This document shows positions 22,380 through 31,678 of a stretch of 64,000 nt of DNA, piece by piece. Location: NCBI GenBank assembly GCA_003282175.1, contig QBZX01000004.1, positions 71,853 through 135,852 of the forward strand, written 5' to 3'. Source of the DNA: Pelagibacteraceae bacterium AG-337-G06. Lineage in GTDB: Bacteria; Pseudomonadota; Alphaproteobacteria; Pelagibacterales; AG-422-B15. The position numbers were made by a program, and so were the translations under genes. Below the pieces are notes generated by a model. That model ran no database searches, was not told the origin of the DNA, and saw nothing but the letters and a program-made list of their open reading frames with translations. The stretch's first letter is position 1, and each line of letters begins with the position of its first letter.

Positions 22380-22970
22380 ATGTTTTCAGGAATTATTGAA
22401 AATAAAGGTTTTGTTCTTAAGTTTGAGAAAAAAAAAGATTACAGATTAGTATTGGATACAAATCTTAGATACAAAGATATAAAAAACGGTAGTTCAGTAT
22501 GCTGTAACGGCATTTGTCTTACAGTGGTAAGCAAGAAAAAAAACAAAAAATATACTCAACTCTCATTTGATGTTTCTCAAGAAACAATCAACTGCTCTAA
22601 CTTTAATGTAATTAAAAAAGGTGATGAAATAAATATTGAGAAATCCTTGCGTGTGGGGGATGAAATTAGTGGTCACTTTGTTTTTGGTCATGTTGATGAT
22701 ACTTCAAAATTGATCAGCGTTAAAAAAATCGGTGACTCTCATGAGATAAGGTTAGAAATATCAAAAAAGATTAAAAAATTTATTGCAAAAAAAGGATCTG
22801 TTTCTTTAAATGGAATTTCATTAACTGTAAATCAGGTAAAAAATAATTTTATCGTTCTCAATATTATTCCCTTCACATGGTTAAACACTAATCTAAAAGG
22901 ATTGAAAATAGGTGACAGAATAAACCTTGAAGTTGATATGTTAGCAAGATATGTTACGCAAAATCAGTAA
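22380..22970 (+). CDS. ribE: Riboflavin synthase
   Basis: MFSGII, NGICLTV, GHFVFGHVD, KGSVSLNGISLTV and NLEVD. Confidence 0.94.
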   Translation: MFSGIIENKGFVLKFEKKKDYRLVLDTNLRYKDIKNGSSVCCNGICLTVVSKKKNKKYTQLSFDVSQETINCSNFNVIKKGDEINIEKSLRVGDEISGHFVFGHVDDTSKLISVKKIGDSHEIRLEISKKIKKFIAKKGSVSLNGISLTVNQVKNNFIVLNIIPFTWLNTNLKGLKIGDRINLEVDMLARYVTQNQ

Positions 22971-22984
22971 AAATAAATTTAAAA

Positions 22985-24100
22985 ATGAATAAGGAATTTA
23001 TATCTTCCATTGAGGAAATAATAGAAGACCAAAGAGGTGGAAAGATGGTGATTATGGTCGATGATGAAGACCGTGAGAATGAAGGCGATCTAATTATTCC
23101 TGCTGAAAAAACTGATGATAAAGCAGTAAATTTCATGGCAAAATACGGAAGAGGTCTTATATGTCTTTCTTTGACAGAAGAAAGAGTTAAACAATTAGAT
23201 CTGCCCTTAATGTCTCAAAATAATGAAATGAGAGACTCAACGGCATTTACAGTTTCGATAGAAGCAAAAGAAGGCGTTACTACTGGTATTTCTGCTCAAG
23301 ACAGAGCTATAACAATTCAAACAGCAATAAATAAAAGTATGACTAAGGATGATATTGTTAGTCCGGGTCATGTATTTCCTCTAGTAGCTCGTGATGGAGG
23401 TGTATTAGTGAGAGCAGGTCATACCGAAGCATCCGTTGATTTAGCTAAGCTAAGTGGAAATATACCTGCAGGTGTAATTTGTGAGATTATGAATGACGAT
23501 GGTACAATGGCTAGGATACCAGATTTGATTGAATTTTCAAAAAAGCATAATATTAAGATTGGTCGAATTGTTGATTTAATAGCTTACAGACGCGACAAGG
23601 ATAAGTTTGTAAAAAAAATCCATGATTCAAAGGTAAAAATTAAATCTAAGTACGAATTTGATATCAAAATTTATGAGTCCTTATTTGATAATACTGAGCA
23701 AATAGCTTTATCGAAGGGAAATATTGACAATGGTGATCCAGTAATGGTCAGGGTTCATGTAACAGATTATTTTGATAATCTATTTGGTGAGTATGGCAGT
23801 GATGATGCCTCATTAAATAAGAGCGTAGAGGTTATACAAGAGCATGGACGTGGTGTACTTGTTTTAATTAGAGATAGTGGAAAATCGATCATAAACAGAC
23901 TCATTACCAACGCACCTTCTGTTGGCAATAAATCTCAAAATGATAAAGATGAACTGAGAATTTATGGTATGGGTGCTCAGATTCTATCTGAGTTAGGTGT
24001 GCAAGAAATGATACTTCTCACAAATACAGAATGGAAATTCATTGGTCTGGAGGCTTATGGAATTAATATAGTTGAGACAAAATTACTAAGCGAATTATAA
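22985..24100 (+). CDS. ribB: DHBP synthase fused to a degenerate GTP cyclohydrolase II domain (RibBX type)
   Basis: DDEDRENEGD, AFTVS, TGISA, RAGHTEA and ICEI. The C-terminal domain lacks the zinc-binding Cys residues. Confidence 0.92.
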   Translation: MNKEFISSIEEIIEDQRGGKMVIMVDDEDRENEGDLIIPAEKTDDKAVNFMAKYGRGLICLSLTEERVKQLDLPLMSQNNEMRDSTAFTVSIEAKEGVTTGISAQDRAITIQTAINKSMTKDDIVSPGHVFPLVARDGGVLVRAGHTEASVDLAKLSGNIPAGVICEIMNDDGTMARIPDLIEFSKKHNIKIGRIVDLIAYRRDKDKFVKKIHDSKVKIKSKYEFDIKIYESLFDNTEQIALSKGNIDNGDPVMVRVHVTDYFDNLFGEYGSDDASLNKSVEVIQEHGRGVLVLIRDSGKSIINRLITNAPSVGNKSQNDKDELRIYGMGAQILSELGVQEMILLTNTEWKFIGLEAYGINIVETKLLSEL

Positions 24101-24103
24101 ACA

Positions 24104-24514
24104 ATGAAAAAATATAAATTTCTTTTGGTTGCATCAAACTTTTATCCTGAAATAACTCTGAACTTACTAAAAGGGGCTCAAAAATATTTAGAAAAAAAAG
24201 GACACAGGTTTGAAACCACCTTTACAAAGGGATCCTTGGAAATACCAACAAAGATATCAATGAAATTAAAAAAAAATAAGTATGATGCTGTTGTTGCAAT
24301 TGGCTGTATTATCAAAGGCAAAACTGACCACTACGAGTTCATAGCTAACGCAATCACCAAAACATTGCTTGAAATTTCAATTCGAAGTCAAATACCAATT
24401 TCTAACTCAATCCTTACTTGTAGGAACATAAAACAGGCTAAGGAGAGATCATCAAAAAAAATTAATAGAGCAAAAGAAGCCGTCGAAGCAGCCATAGTAG
24501 TTCTTCAAGATTAA
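24104..24514 (+). CDS. ribH: 6,7-dimethyl-8-ribityllumazine synthase
   Basis: GSLEIP, AIGCIIKGKTDHY and QAKER; located between ribB and nusB. Confidence 0.92.
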   Translation: MKKYKFLLVASNFYPEITLNLLKGAQKYLEKKGHRFETTFTKGSLEIPTKISMKLKKNKYDAVVAIGCIIKGKTDHYEFIANAITKTLLEISIRSQIPISNSILTCRNIKQAKERSSKKINRAKEAVEAAIVVLQD

Positions 24515-24518
24515 AATA

Positions 24519-24947
24519 ATGTCTAATATTAAATCATTTCAAAGACTATTAGTAGTCCAAGCCCTTTATGAATTATCAATTAATGAAAACAGAAACCAAA
24601 CACCTATAAAAGAAATATTTACCAATATAATTGAGCAAACTAATTTTAAAAAAAAGATTAATAATTCAGATTTGAAATTTGCAGAAAAAATTTACGAAGG
24701 AGTTACAGAAAATCTAGATGAGATAAATAAAATTCTAAAAGTGTCAATGAGCAAAAAAATAAAAATTAATACAATGGATAGGCTGCTAATTTCAATTTTT
24801 AGGTCAGCGATCTACGAAATTTTATTCTCCAATAACGTGACAAAGAAAATTATTATTTCTGAGTATTTATTGATTGCAAACCGTTTTTTTGGAAATAATG
24901 AAACTGCGCTAATAAATGGAGTCCTTGATAATCTGCAAAATTCTTAG
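24519..24947 (+). CDS. nusB: Transcription antitermination factor NusB
   Basis: VQALYE, AIYEI, ISEYL and INGVLD; follows ribH. Confidence 0.9.
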   Translation: MSNIKSFQRLLVVQALYELSINENRNQTPIKEIFTNIIEQTNFKKKINNSDLKFAEKIYEGVTENLDEINKILKVSMSKKIKINTMDRLLISIFRSAIYEILFSNNVTKKIIISEYLLIANRFFGNNETALINGVLDNLQNS

Positions 24948-25020
24948 ACTTAAAATAAAAGATTGCAAAACTATGTAAATTTTGGCATTTTCTCACAACT
25001 ACAGTTTTAGAGGATCATTT

Positions 25021-27093
25021 ATGAATATAATGAATTTAATAATTTTTTCTGGCATCTTATCAATCATCTATGGATTTTGGGCTGGTAACTCTGTTTTAAA
25101 ATCAGATGCTGGAAATGAAAAAATGCAGGAAATCTCTTCAGCTATTCAAGTTGGTGCTCAGGCATATTTAAACAGGCAATATACGACAATTGCAATTGTT
25201 GGTCTTGTTATTTGTGTGCTTTTATATTTATTTTTTAGAGATTTTTGGGTGATTGGTGGTTATTTAATTGGTGCAATTCTGTCGGGGGCTGCTGGGTATA
25301 TTGGCATGATTATTTCAGTAAGAGCAAATGTTAGAACTGCACAAGCTGCAAACGAAGGTCTAGGCAGAGGCTTAAATGTGGCATTTAAAGCCGGCGCCGT
25401 TACTGGAATGTTAGTAGCAGGTTTGGCTTTGTTATCAATCTCCGTTTACTATGTAATTTTAGATCAGTATTCAGTATCAGATGAAACATTAAAACATGCA
25501 TTAGTAGCGCTAGGATTTGGAGCTTCTTTGATATCAATTTTTGCACGACTAGGCGGTGGAATATTTACAAAGGGAGCCGATGTTGGAGCAGATTTAGTTG
25601 GAAAGGTTGAAGCGGGTATACCTGAGGATGACCCAAGAAATCCTGCGGTTATAGCTGACAATGTTGGAGATAACGTTGGTGATTGTGCGGGTATGGCAGC
25701 AGACTTATTTGAAACATATGCTGTTACAATTGTTGCCACAATGGTTCTTGCAACAATTTTCTTTAGTGGTTCAGTTGCTGAAATGATGACAATTTATCCT
25801 ATGGCCATTGGTGGTAGTTGTTTGTTGGCTTCAATCATAGGAACATTTTTTGTAAGACTTGGACGCTCACAAAGCATAATGGGCGCTCTCTATAAAGGAT
25901 TTATTGCATCTGCGATATTATCACTAATTTTTATTTATCCTATTACCCAGTTAGTTTTAGGAGATATGTCAACTGAGTTTAATTTTGGAAATACAACTTT
26001 TACTGGCATGTCTCTTTATATTTGCGCTTTTGTAGGAATAATTATTACTGGCTTATTAATTTGGATAACAGAGTATTATACAGGGACTAATTATCGACCC
26101 GTTCAAAGTGTTGCTAAGGCATCAACTACTGGACACGGTACAAATGTAATTCAGGGCCTTGCAGTCTCTATGGAAGCTACAGCCTTGCCAGCAATAGTAA
26201 TTGTAGTAGGAATAGTATTTACATATCAACTTGCGGGTCTTTTTGGGATCGCAATTGCTGTTACAGCTATGTTGGCCTTAGCGGGAATGGTTGTTGCCCT
26301 AGATGCATATGGTCCAGTGACTGATAATGCTGGGGGAATTGCAGAAATGGCAAATCTCGATGAAAGTGTTAGAAAAACTACAGACGCTCTTGATGCTGTC
26401 GGAAACACAACTAAAGCTGTAACCAAAGGTTACGCAATCGGATCAGCTGGATTGGGCGCATTAGTATTATTTGCAGCCTATGTTGAAGATTTAAAGCTTA
26501 TACCAGAAATAAGCCCAGATTTTAGTTTAGAAAATCCTTATGTTGTCGTAGGGCTTTTAATAGGAGGTCTATTACCTTATCTATTTGCTGCGATGGGCAT
26601 GATGGCTGTAGGTAGAGCTGGTGGAGCCGTTGTAGAAGAAGTAAGAAAACAATTTTCTGAGAATCCTGGAATTATGACTGGCGAGTCAAAGCCGGATTAC
26701 TCTAGATCTGTAGATATGCTTACCCGCTCTGCTATAAAAGAGATGATCATTCCATCAATGTTGCCAGTATTTTCTCCATTAGTTTTATACTTTATAATAT
26801 CATTTGTTGCTGATCAAAATGCGGCTGTATCGTGTGTAGGTGCAATGCTTTTGGGTGTAATTGTAACAGGAATATTTGTAGCTATTTCAATGACTGCAGG
26901 TGGAGGAGCTTGGGATAATGCTAAGAAATTTGTGGAGGATGGTAATTTTGGTGGTAAAGGCTCAGAGGCTCATAAAGCAGCAGTGACTGGTGACACAGTT
27001 GGTGATCCCTATAAGGATACTGCTGGTCCAGCGATTAATCCAATGATTAAAATAACTAATATTGTTGCGTTACTGCTTTTAGCGGCAATATAG
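25021..27093 (+). CDS. hppA: Membrane H+-translocating pyrophosphatase, K+-independent type
   Basis: [45 protein letters not shown] and [11 protein letters not shown]. Start set at ATG 25021 after a GAGGA SD. Confidence 0.96.
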   Translation: MNIMNLIIFSGILSIIYGFWAGNSVLKSDAGNEKMQEISSAIQVGAQAYLNRQYTTIAIVGLVICVLLYLFFRDFWVIGGYLIGAILSGAAGYIGMIISVRANVRTAQAANEGLGRGLNVAFKAGAVTGMLVAGLALLSISVYYVILDQYSVSDETLKHALVALGFGASLISIFARLGGGIFTKGADVGADLVGKVEAGIPEDDPRNPAVIADNVGDNVGDCAGMAADLFETYAVTIVATMVLATIFFSGSVAEMMTIYPMAIGGSCLLASIIGTFFVRLGRSQSIMGALYKGFIASAILSLIFIYPITQLVLGDMSTEFNFGNTTFTGMSLYICAFVGIIITGLLIWITEYYTGTNYRPVQSVAKASTTGHGTNVIQGLAVSMEATALPAIVIVVGIVFTYQLAGLFGIAIAVTAMLALAGMVVALDAYGPVTDNAGGIAEMANLDESVRKTTDALDAVGNTTKAVTKGYAIGSAGLGALVLFAAYVEDLKLIPEISPDFSLENPYVVVGLLIGGLLPYLFAAMGMMAVGRAGGAVVEEVRKQFSENPGIMTGESKPDYSRSVDMLTRSAIKEMIIPSMLPVFSPLVLYFIISFVADQNAAVSCVGAMLLGVIVTGIFVAISMTAGGGAWDNAKKFVEDGNFGGKGSEAHKAAVTGDTVGDPYKDTAGPAINPMIKITNIVALLLLAAI

Positions 27094-27098
27094 ATTTG

Positions 27099-27533
27099 TT
27101 ATTGTCCTCTAGTAAAGGATTCATAGATTTGCTCTCCAAGACCATAATTTTCTGTAACCACTCTTGTTTTGTCGTTAGAAAAAGCTATCTCTGTAAAGGC
27201 CTGCTCATTTGTAAAATACTTCGACACTAATATGCCTTCATTATCAAACTCAAATCTGAAAATAGATTGAAATATTATATTATCACTTTCAAAAACATTT
27301 TGTTTTTTCATTGAAATTAAGTAAATCCATATATTGTTGATATCACTAATTTTTACTGACGGAGAACCAAGTGCTTCAAATATATCACTTTCTCTAGTGG
27401 TGCCTTCAATAAACTGTGACATTTCATCGTTAGAACTAATTACATCCTCTAGTAAATAACCATGTTGCTTATTTATTGGAGAACAATTATATGATATAAG
27501 AACAATAAATATTAGAGATAAAGTTATTTTCAT
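27099..27533 (-). CDS. bamE: Outer membrane protein assembly factor BamE
   Basis: Lipoprotein-like signal (SYNC), QHGY, LGSPS, WIY and FDNEG; divergent from the Cbp3-family gene as in other alphaproteobacteria. Confidence 0.82.
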   Translation of the reverse strand: MKITLSLIFIVLISYNCSPINKQHGYLLEDVISSNDEMSQFIEGTTRESDIFEALGSPSVKISDINNIWIYLISMKKQNVFESDNIIFQSIFRFEFDNEGILVSKYFTNEQAFTEIAFSNDKTRVVTENYGLGEQIYESFTRGQ

Positions 27534-27538
27534 AATTA

Positions 27539-28078
27539 ATGTTTTTTAAAAAAAAAGATAAAAGAGTAAACTCAATTTATCAGAATATTATAGAAGTTTC
27601 GAGATCAAAATTTTTTTATTTAGATTTAAATTTAAGAGATGACTTTGAAACTCGTTTTGATTTGATTATTTTCCATGCATTTATAGTATTTTATTATTAC
27701 AAGAAATTATACGGTAAAAAATCTCAAATTTCTCAAGAACTTTTTGACATCATGTTTGCGGACTTTGAAAATAATCTACGTGAGATGGGATTTGGCGATA
27801 TTGCAGTCAATAAGAAAATGAAAGTATTTATAACAGCTTTTTATGGAAGAATTGCTCAATACAGTAAAGGTATCGAGGTTTATCGAGCGGATCAAGATAA
27901 ATCATTGCTTCAAGAAACAATCTTAAATAATATTTATAAGGGAGACGATATATCAGATAAATATTTAAATTATTTTATTAAATATATGAATATTAATATT
28001 AATCACTTTTTAAAAAGTAATGAGCAAGAGAATCTTGAGAATAAATTTAAATATAAAAGCATTAAATACGAAAGTTAA
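27539..28078 (+). CDS. Ubiquinol-cytochrome c chaperone (Cbp3/UQCC1 family)
   Basis: DDFETRFDL..HA, FADFENNLREMGFGDIAVNKKMK and AFYGR. Confidence 0.9.
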   Translation: MFFKKKDKRVNSIYQNIIEVSRSKFFYLDLNLRDDFETRFDLIIFHAFIVFYYYKKLYGKKSQISQELFDIMFADFENNLREMGFGDIAVNKKMKVFITAFYGRIAQYSKGIEVYRADQDKSLLQETILNNIYKGDDISDKYLNYFIKYMNININHFLKSNEQENLENKFKYKSIKYES

Positions 28079-28081
28079 AAA

Positions 28082-29116
28082 TTGACTAAAAATTTTAATT
28101 TATCAGTCGACATGCTTGGAAGTGAAACCAAAATTAAAGATGTCTTAAAAGGTTTAAATCAATCTCTACTAAGAAATATAAACTATAGGTTTCAACTTTA
28201 TGGACAAGAGAAAATAATAAAAAAAAATATTGAGAAATATAAAAGACTTTTACAATCCTCAGAGATAATTGACTGTGTTTCACACATTTCAATGGATGAC
28301 AAGCCTTCAGAAATATTAAAAGCTAGAGAAAATTCAAGTATGTTTCTTGCAATTAAGTCGGTAAAAGAAAAGCTTTCTGATGCAGTATTGTCTTTTGGCA
28401 ATACGGGAGCTCTAATGTCTTTGTCACTAATAAATATAAAAACACTAAAACATATAAAGAGACCTGCAATAGCATCGATTTGGCCCAATTTAAATGGTGA
28501 GTCAATTGTACTTGATTTAGGGGCTAATACCAAATTAGACACAAGATATTTAATTGATAACTCTATATTAGGCTCGAGCTTAGCGTCTATATTATTCAGG
28601 ATTGATAATCCAAGTATTGGTCTACTAAATGTAGGAGTAGAAGACAATAAAGGTAAAGATGAAATAAGACGAGCATCTGATACGTTAAAAAATCTCTCTA
28701 AAAATTCTAAGATTAATTACTATGGATATGTAGAGGGAAGCGATATTTCTGTAGGGAGAACAAACGTAGTAGTTACGGACGGTTTCACAGGAAATATTTC
28801 TCTAAAAACTGCAGAAGGAACAGCTAAGCTTTTTCAAAGCCATCTCAATGATGCTTTTAGAAGTTCAATTTTATCTAAAATAGGCTATTTTTTATCGTCC
28901 CTGGCAATGAAATCAGTAAAAGATAGATTGGATCCAAGAGTTCATAATTGTGGAATTTTAATGGGTCTAAACTCATTAGTGATTAAATGTCATGGACAAT
29001 CAGAATACAGAGGTGTTTCTTATGCGGCTGATATCACTCATTCCCTATTAGAAAACAATGTTAACAAAAAAATTCAGGATTACGTCCAGGAAATTCATAG
29101 TAAACTAGATAATTAA
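28082..29116 (+). CDS. plsX: Phosphate acyltransferase
   Basis: VDMLG, SFGNTGALM, IKRPAI, LDLGAN, GLLNVGVE, VVTDGFTGNISLKTAEG and KCHG. TTG start. Confidence 0.94.
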   Translation: MTKNFNLSVDMLGSETKIKDVLKGLNQSLLRNINYRFQLYGQEKIIKKNIEKYKRLLQSSEIIDCVSHISMDDKPSEILKARENSSMFLAIKSVKEKLSDAVLSFGNTGALMSLSLINIKTLKHIKRPAIASIWPNLNGESIVLDLGANTKLDTRYLIDNSILGSSLASILFRIDNPSIGLLNVGVEDNKGKDEIRRASDTLKNLSKNSKINYYGYVEGSDISVGRTNVVVTDGFTGNISLKTAEGTAKLFQSHLNDAFRSSILSKIGYFLSSLAMKSVKDRLDPRVHNCGILMGLNSLVIKCHGQSEYRGVSYAADITHSLLENNVNKKIQDYVQEIHSKLDN

Positions 29117-29177
29117 CAGCAAAATAATAAATTAATATATTGTTATAAGTAATTATTATTAATATACTTTTTTTTGT

Positions 29178-29489
29178 ATGGATAAAACAACAACTAGGTC
29201 AACATTGAGTGAGGCTGTTTTTAAAAATGTTGGTCTTTCAAGAAATGAGTCAGCGAACCTAGTTGACTCTGTATTTAGTGAAATATTATTAAGCTTAATA
29301 AAAGGAGATGATGTAAAAATTTCATCATTTGGAACATTTGTTGTTAGGCAAAAGAAGGAGAGAATAGGAAGAAATCCAAAAACTGGAGAGGAAGTTCCAA
29401 TTACTGCAAGAAGTGTAGTGACATTTAGAGCTTCGAATGTATTAAAATCTAAAGTTAATACAAAGAGTAAAATAAATATAACGGAGTAG
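29178..29489 (+). CDS. ihfA: Integration host factor alpha subunit
   Basis: VKISSFGTF and [25 protein letters not shown]. Confidence 0.94.
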   Translation: MDKTTTRSTLSEAVFKNVGLSRNESANLVDSVFSEILLSLIKGDDVKISSFGTFVVRQKKERIGRNPKTGEEVPITARSVVTFRASNVLKSKVNTKSKINITE

Positions 29490-29496
29490 TTTAAAA

Positions 29497-29922
29497 ATGA
29501 ATATTAAATCACCAGAGGCTTTCCGTACAATTAGTGAAGTTTCTAAAGATCTATCATTACCACAACATGTCTTAAGATTCTGGGAAACAAAATTTGTGCA
29601 GATTAAACCCATAAAAAGAGGCGGTGGCAGAAGATATTATAGGCCGGAGGATATAAAGCTATTAAAAGGAATAAAAAGTTTGTTATACAATGATGGATAT
29701 ACCATAAGAGGAGTACAGAAAGTTATAAAGGAAACTGGTACTAAGAAAATATTACAAAAAGAATTTGAAAATAAAGACTTTACAGATTTAGAAAATATTA
29801 ATAACTATTCAAATGAAAATAATATTTCTCAACATCACATTGGTGAAACAAAAAGAAAAAAGTTAATGAACGTGCTTAATGACTTAGTGGAGTTAAGAAA
29901 AAAAATAAAACAAGGTGAATAG
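29497..29922 (+). CDS. MerR-family transcriptional regulator
   Basis: [22 protein letters not shown] and GYTIRGV; conserved partner of ihfA. Confidence 0.92.
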   Translation: MNIKSPEAFRTISEVSKDLSLPQHVLRFWETKFVQIKPIKRGGGRRYYRPEDIKLLKGIKSLLYNDGYTIRGVQKVIKETGTKKILQKEFENKDFTDLENINNYSNENNISQHHIGETKRKKLMNVLNDLVELRKKIKQGE

Positions 29923-30114
29923 ATGGCCAAAAAATCAACAGTAAAAGTTAGACTAGTTCCCGAAGAGAGAGCTGATAGTAGATTTTATTATTATGCTAAG
30001 AAGCCTACGTCAGGTCTGAAAGCAAAAGATAAATTAAGAATGAAAAAGTATAATCCTGCAACAAAAAAACACGAGTGGTTCATAGAGAAAAAATTGCCAC
30101 CACACAGTAAATAA
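29923..30114 (+). CDS. rpmG: 50S ribosomal protein L33 (Cys-free, divergent)
   Basis: MAKK..KVRLV, YY..K, KL.MKKYNP..KKH..F.EKK pattern; small and basic. Confidence 0.85.
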   Translation: MAKKSTVKVRLVPEERADSRFYYYAKKPTSGLKAKDKLRMKKYNPATKKHEWFIEKKLPPHSK

Positions 30115-30408
30115 TTATTTTTTAAATTTCCTTTTTTCAAATTCTATAAAGTTGTCAATTATTGACAACCATATATTACTTAATAGTTTTGGATTACCAC
30201 CAAGCTTTCTTGTTTTTTGAGAAATTTTTTTTGTTATCTCGCGTATCCTTTTCTGATCAACTATTTCAGAACGTTTTTCTTTTAGTTCTAACGCTTTTTC
30301 AACTAGTTGTGATCTCTTAACCATTAGTGGAAGTAATTTGCCATCAATTAGATCTATTTTATTTCTTATAAGCTTCATTTGAGGAGTATTGTTTTTTTTG
30401 GTTTTCAT
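30115..30408 (-). CDS. Chorismate mutase (AroQ, monofunctional)
   Basis: IRNKIDLID..L...RSQLV and DQKR; 97 aa. Confidence 0.85.
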   Translation of the reverse strand: MKTKKNNTPQMKLIRNKIDLIDGKLLPLMVKRSQLVEKALELKEKRSEIVDQKRIREITKKISQKTRKLGGNPKLLSNIWLSIIDNFIEFEKRKFKK

Positions 30409-30599
30409 TTTTTTTTAAATGGTTTGAGTATATACATTGATGGAAATACCCAGAGAATTCCTAACAGAAAATATACAATAAATTCAATTAGCCAATGATT
30501 AAAGTTGATTTTAGCTAAAATAACCATAACTAATAAACAATATAGTGTGATTGCAATAATAAAAATAACCACACTCATTGCTTTTTTTAATTTTGTCAT
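30405..30599 (-). CDS. Small membrane protein, DUF2842-like
   Basis: Two TM helices, HWLIEFIVYFLLGILWVFP; adjacent to ctaA as in other alphaproteobacteria. Confidence 0.7.
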   Translation of the reverse strand: MTKLKKAMSVVIFIIAITLYCLLVMVILAKINFNHWLIEFIVYFLLGILWVFPSMYILKPFKKK

Positions 30600-30617
30600 G
30601 CCAAATATGTAATAAAT

Positions 30618-31652
30618 ATGAACAGCAAAATCAATACATTTTCAATTTGGCTATTGACTTTGATGGCCTTAGTTTGCGCTATAATTTTAATAGGAGGTTA
30701 TACAAGAATCTCAGATTCAGGACTTTCAATCACGGAATGGCTTCCAGTCTTAGGAATCCTATACCCTCTATCTGAGGCTGCTTGGAATATAGAGTTTGAT
30801 AAATATAAATTAATAGACGAATTTATGTTAGTTAATAGTTCTATGACATTGCAAGAGTTTAAGGTCATTTATTTTTGGGAGTGGTTTCATAGGGCATTTG
30901 CAAGACTTATTGGCGCTGCTTACCTAGTTCCTCTTTGTCTACTTTTATTTTACAAAAAAATTGAAAAAAAATATTATTTAAATGTTATTTCTATAGGTGT
31001 TCTTTTATTCGCCCAGGCAGTCATTGGTTGGTACATGGTAAAAAGTGGCTTGTCAGAAAGAGTTGATGTAAGTCAATATCGCTTAGCGCTTCATTTAACA
31101 ACGGCATTTATTATTCTTGGTTTAACTTTTTATACTTTAGTTTCCTACTTATTTGACAATAATCTAATTAACAACAACTCAATCTTTATTAAAAAATATA
31201 AAAGTCTATTAATTATAATTTTTATATTCATATGTTTTCAAATTTCCTATGGTGCCTTTGTTTCAGGGACACACTCAGGACTTATTTATAATACTTGGCC
31301 ACTTTATAATGGAAATATACTTCCCTTTTTTGAAAATACACAAATAAGATGGCTAGTAAATTTGTTTGAAAATGGCGAATACATCATTTTTATTCATAGA
31401 ACATTTGCTATGCTAATTCTTCTTATTTTAATTTATTTGAATTATTTAATAATTATTAACAAAATACAAAAAAATTACTTATCAATAATTGTCTTTTTTA
31501 ATATTACTTTTATCTTGCAGATTATCTTGGGTGTTTCAATGACTTACTTAAATATACCTTGGTATCTTGCATTACTGCATCAAGGTAACTCGATATTGGT
31601 TTTTCTGCTCTCTTTTTTTATGTATATATTGTGTATAAAGTCACCTCAGTAG
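30618..31652 (+). CDS. ctaA: Heme A synthase, COX15/CtaA type 2
   Basis: GGYTRISDSGLSITEW, WEWFHR, GWYMVKSG, RLALHL, FIHR and LLHQ. Confidence 0.95.
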   Translation: MNSKINTFSIWLLTLMALVCAIILIGGYTRISDSGLSITEWLPVLGILYPLSEAAWNIEFDKYKLIDEFMLVNSSMTLQEFKVIYFWEWFHRAFARLIGAAYLVPLCLLLFYKKIEKKYYLNVISIGVLLFAQAVIGWYMVKSGLSERVDVSQYRLALHLTTAFIILGLTFYTLVSYLFDNNLINNNSIFIKKYKSLLIIIFIFICFQISYGAFVSGTHSGLIYNTWPLYNGNILPFFENTQIRWLVNLFENGEYIIFIHRTFAMLILLILIYLNYLIIINKIQKNYLSIIVFFNITFILQIILGVSMTYLNIPWYLALLHQGNSILVFLLSFFMYILCIKSPQ

Positions 31653-31668
31653 AGTGAACTGAGGTGAC
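31640..31668 (-). terminator. Intrinsic terminator-like hairpin between convergent ctaA and metY
   Basis: Perfect 11-bp stem GTCACCTCAGT / ACTGAGGTGAC with a 7-nt loop. On the minus strand it is followed by UUUAU. It overlaps the ctaA stop codon. Confidence 0.75.
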
Positions 31669-31678
31669 AAAATAATTA

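Noticed and set aside
28198-28647. 149-aa antisense ORF inside plsX, and similar shadow ORFs in slt, parC, the PuuB-like gene, glyA, nrdR/ribD, hppA, thiP, valS, ilvD and tolC
   Set aside because: They lie within or across well-supported genes, have no recognisable motifs or SD, and are expected from codon bias on the opposite strand.
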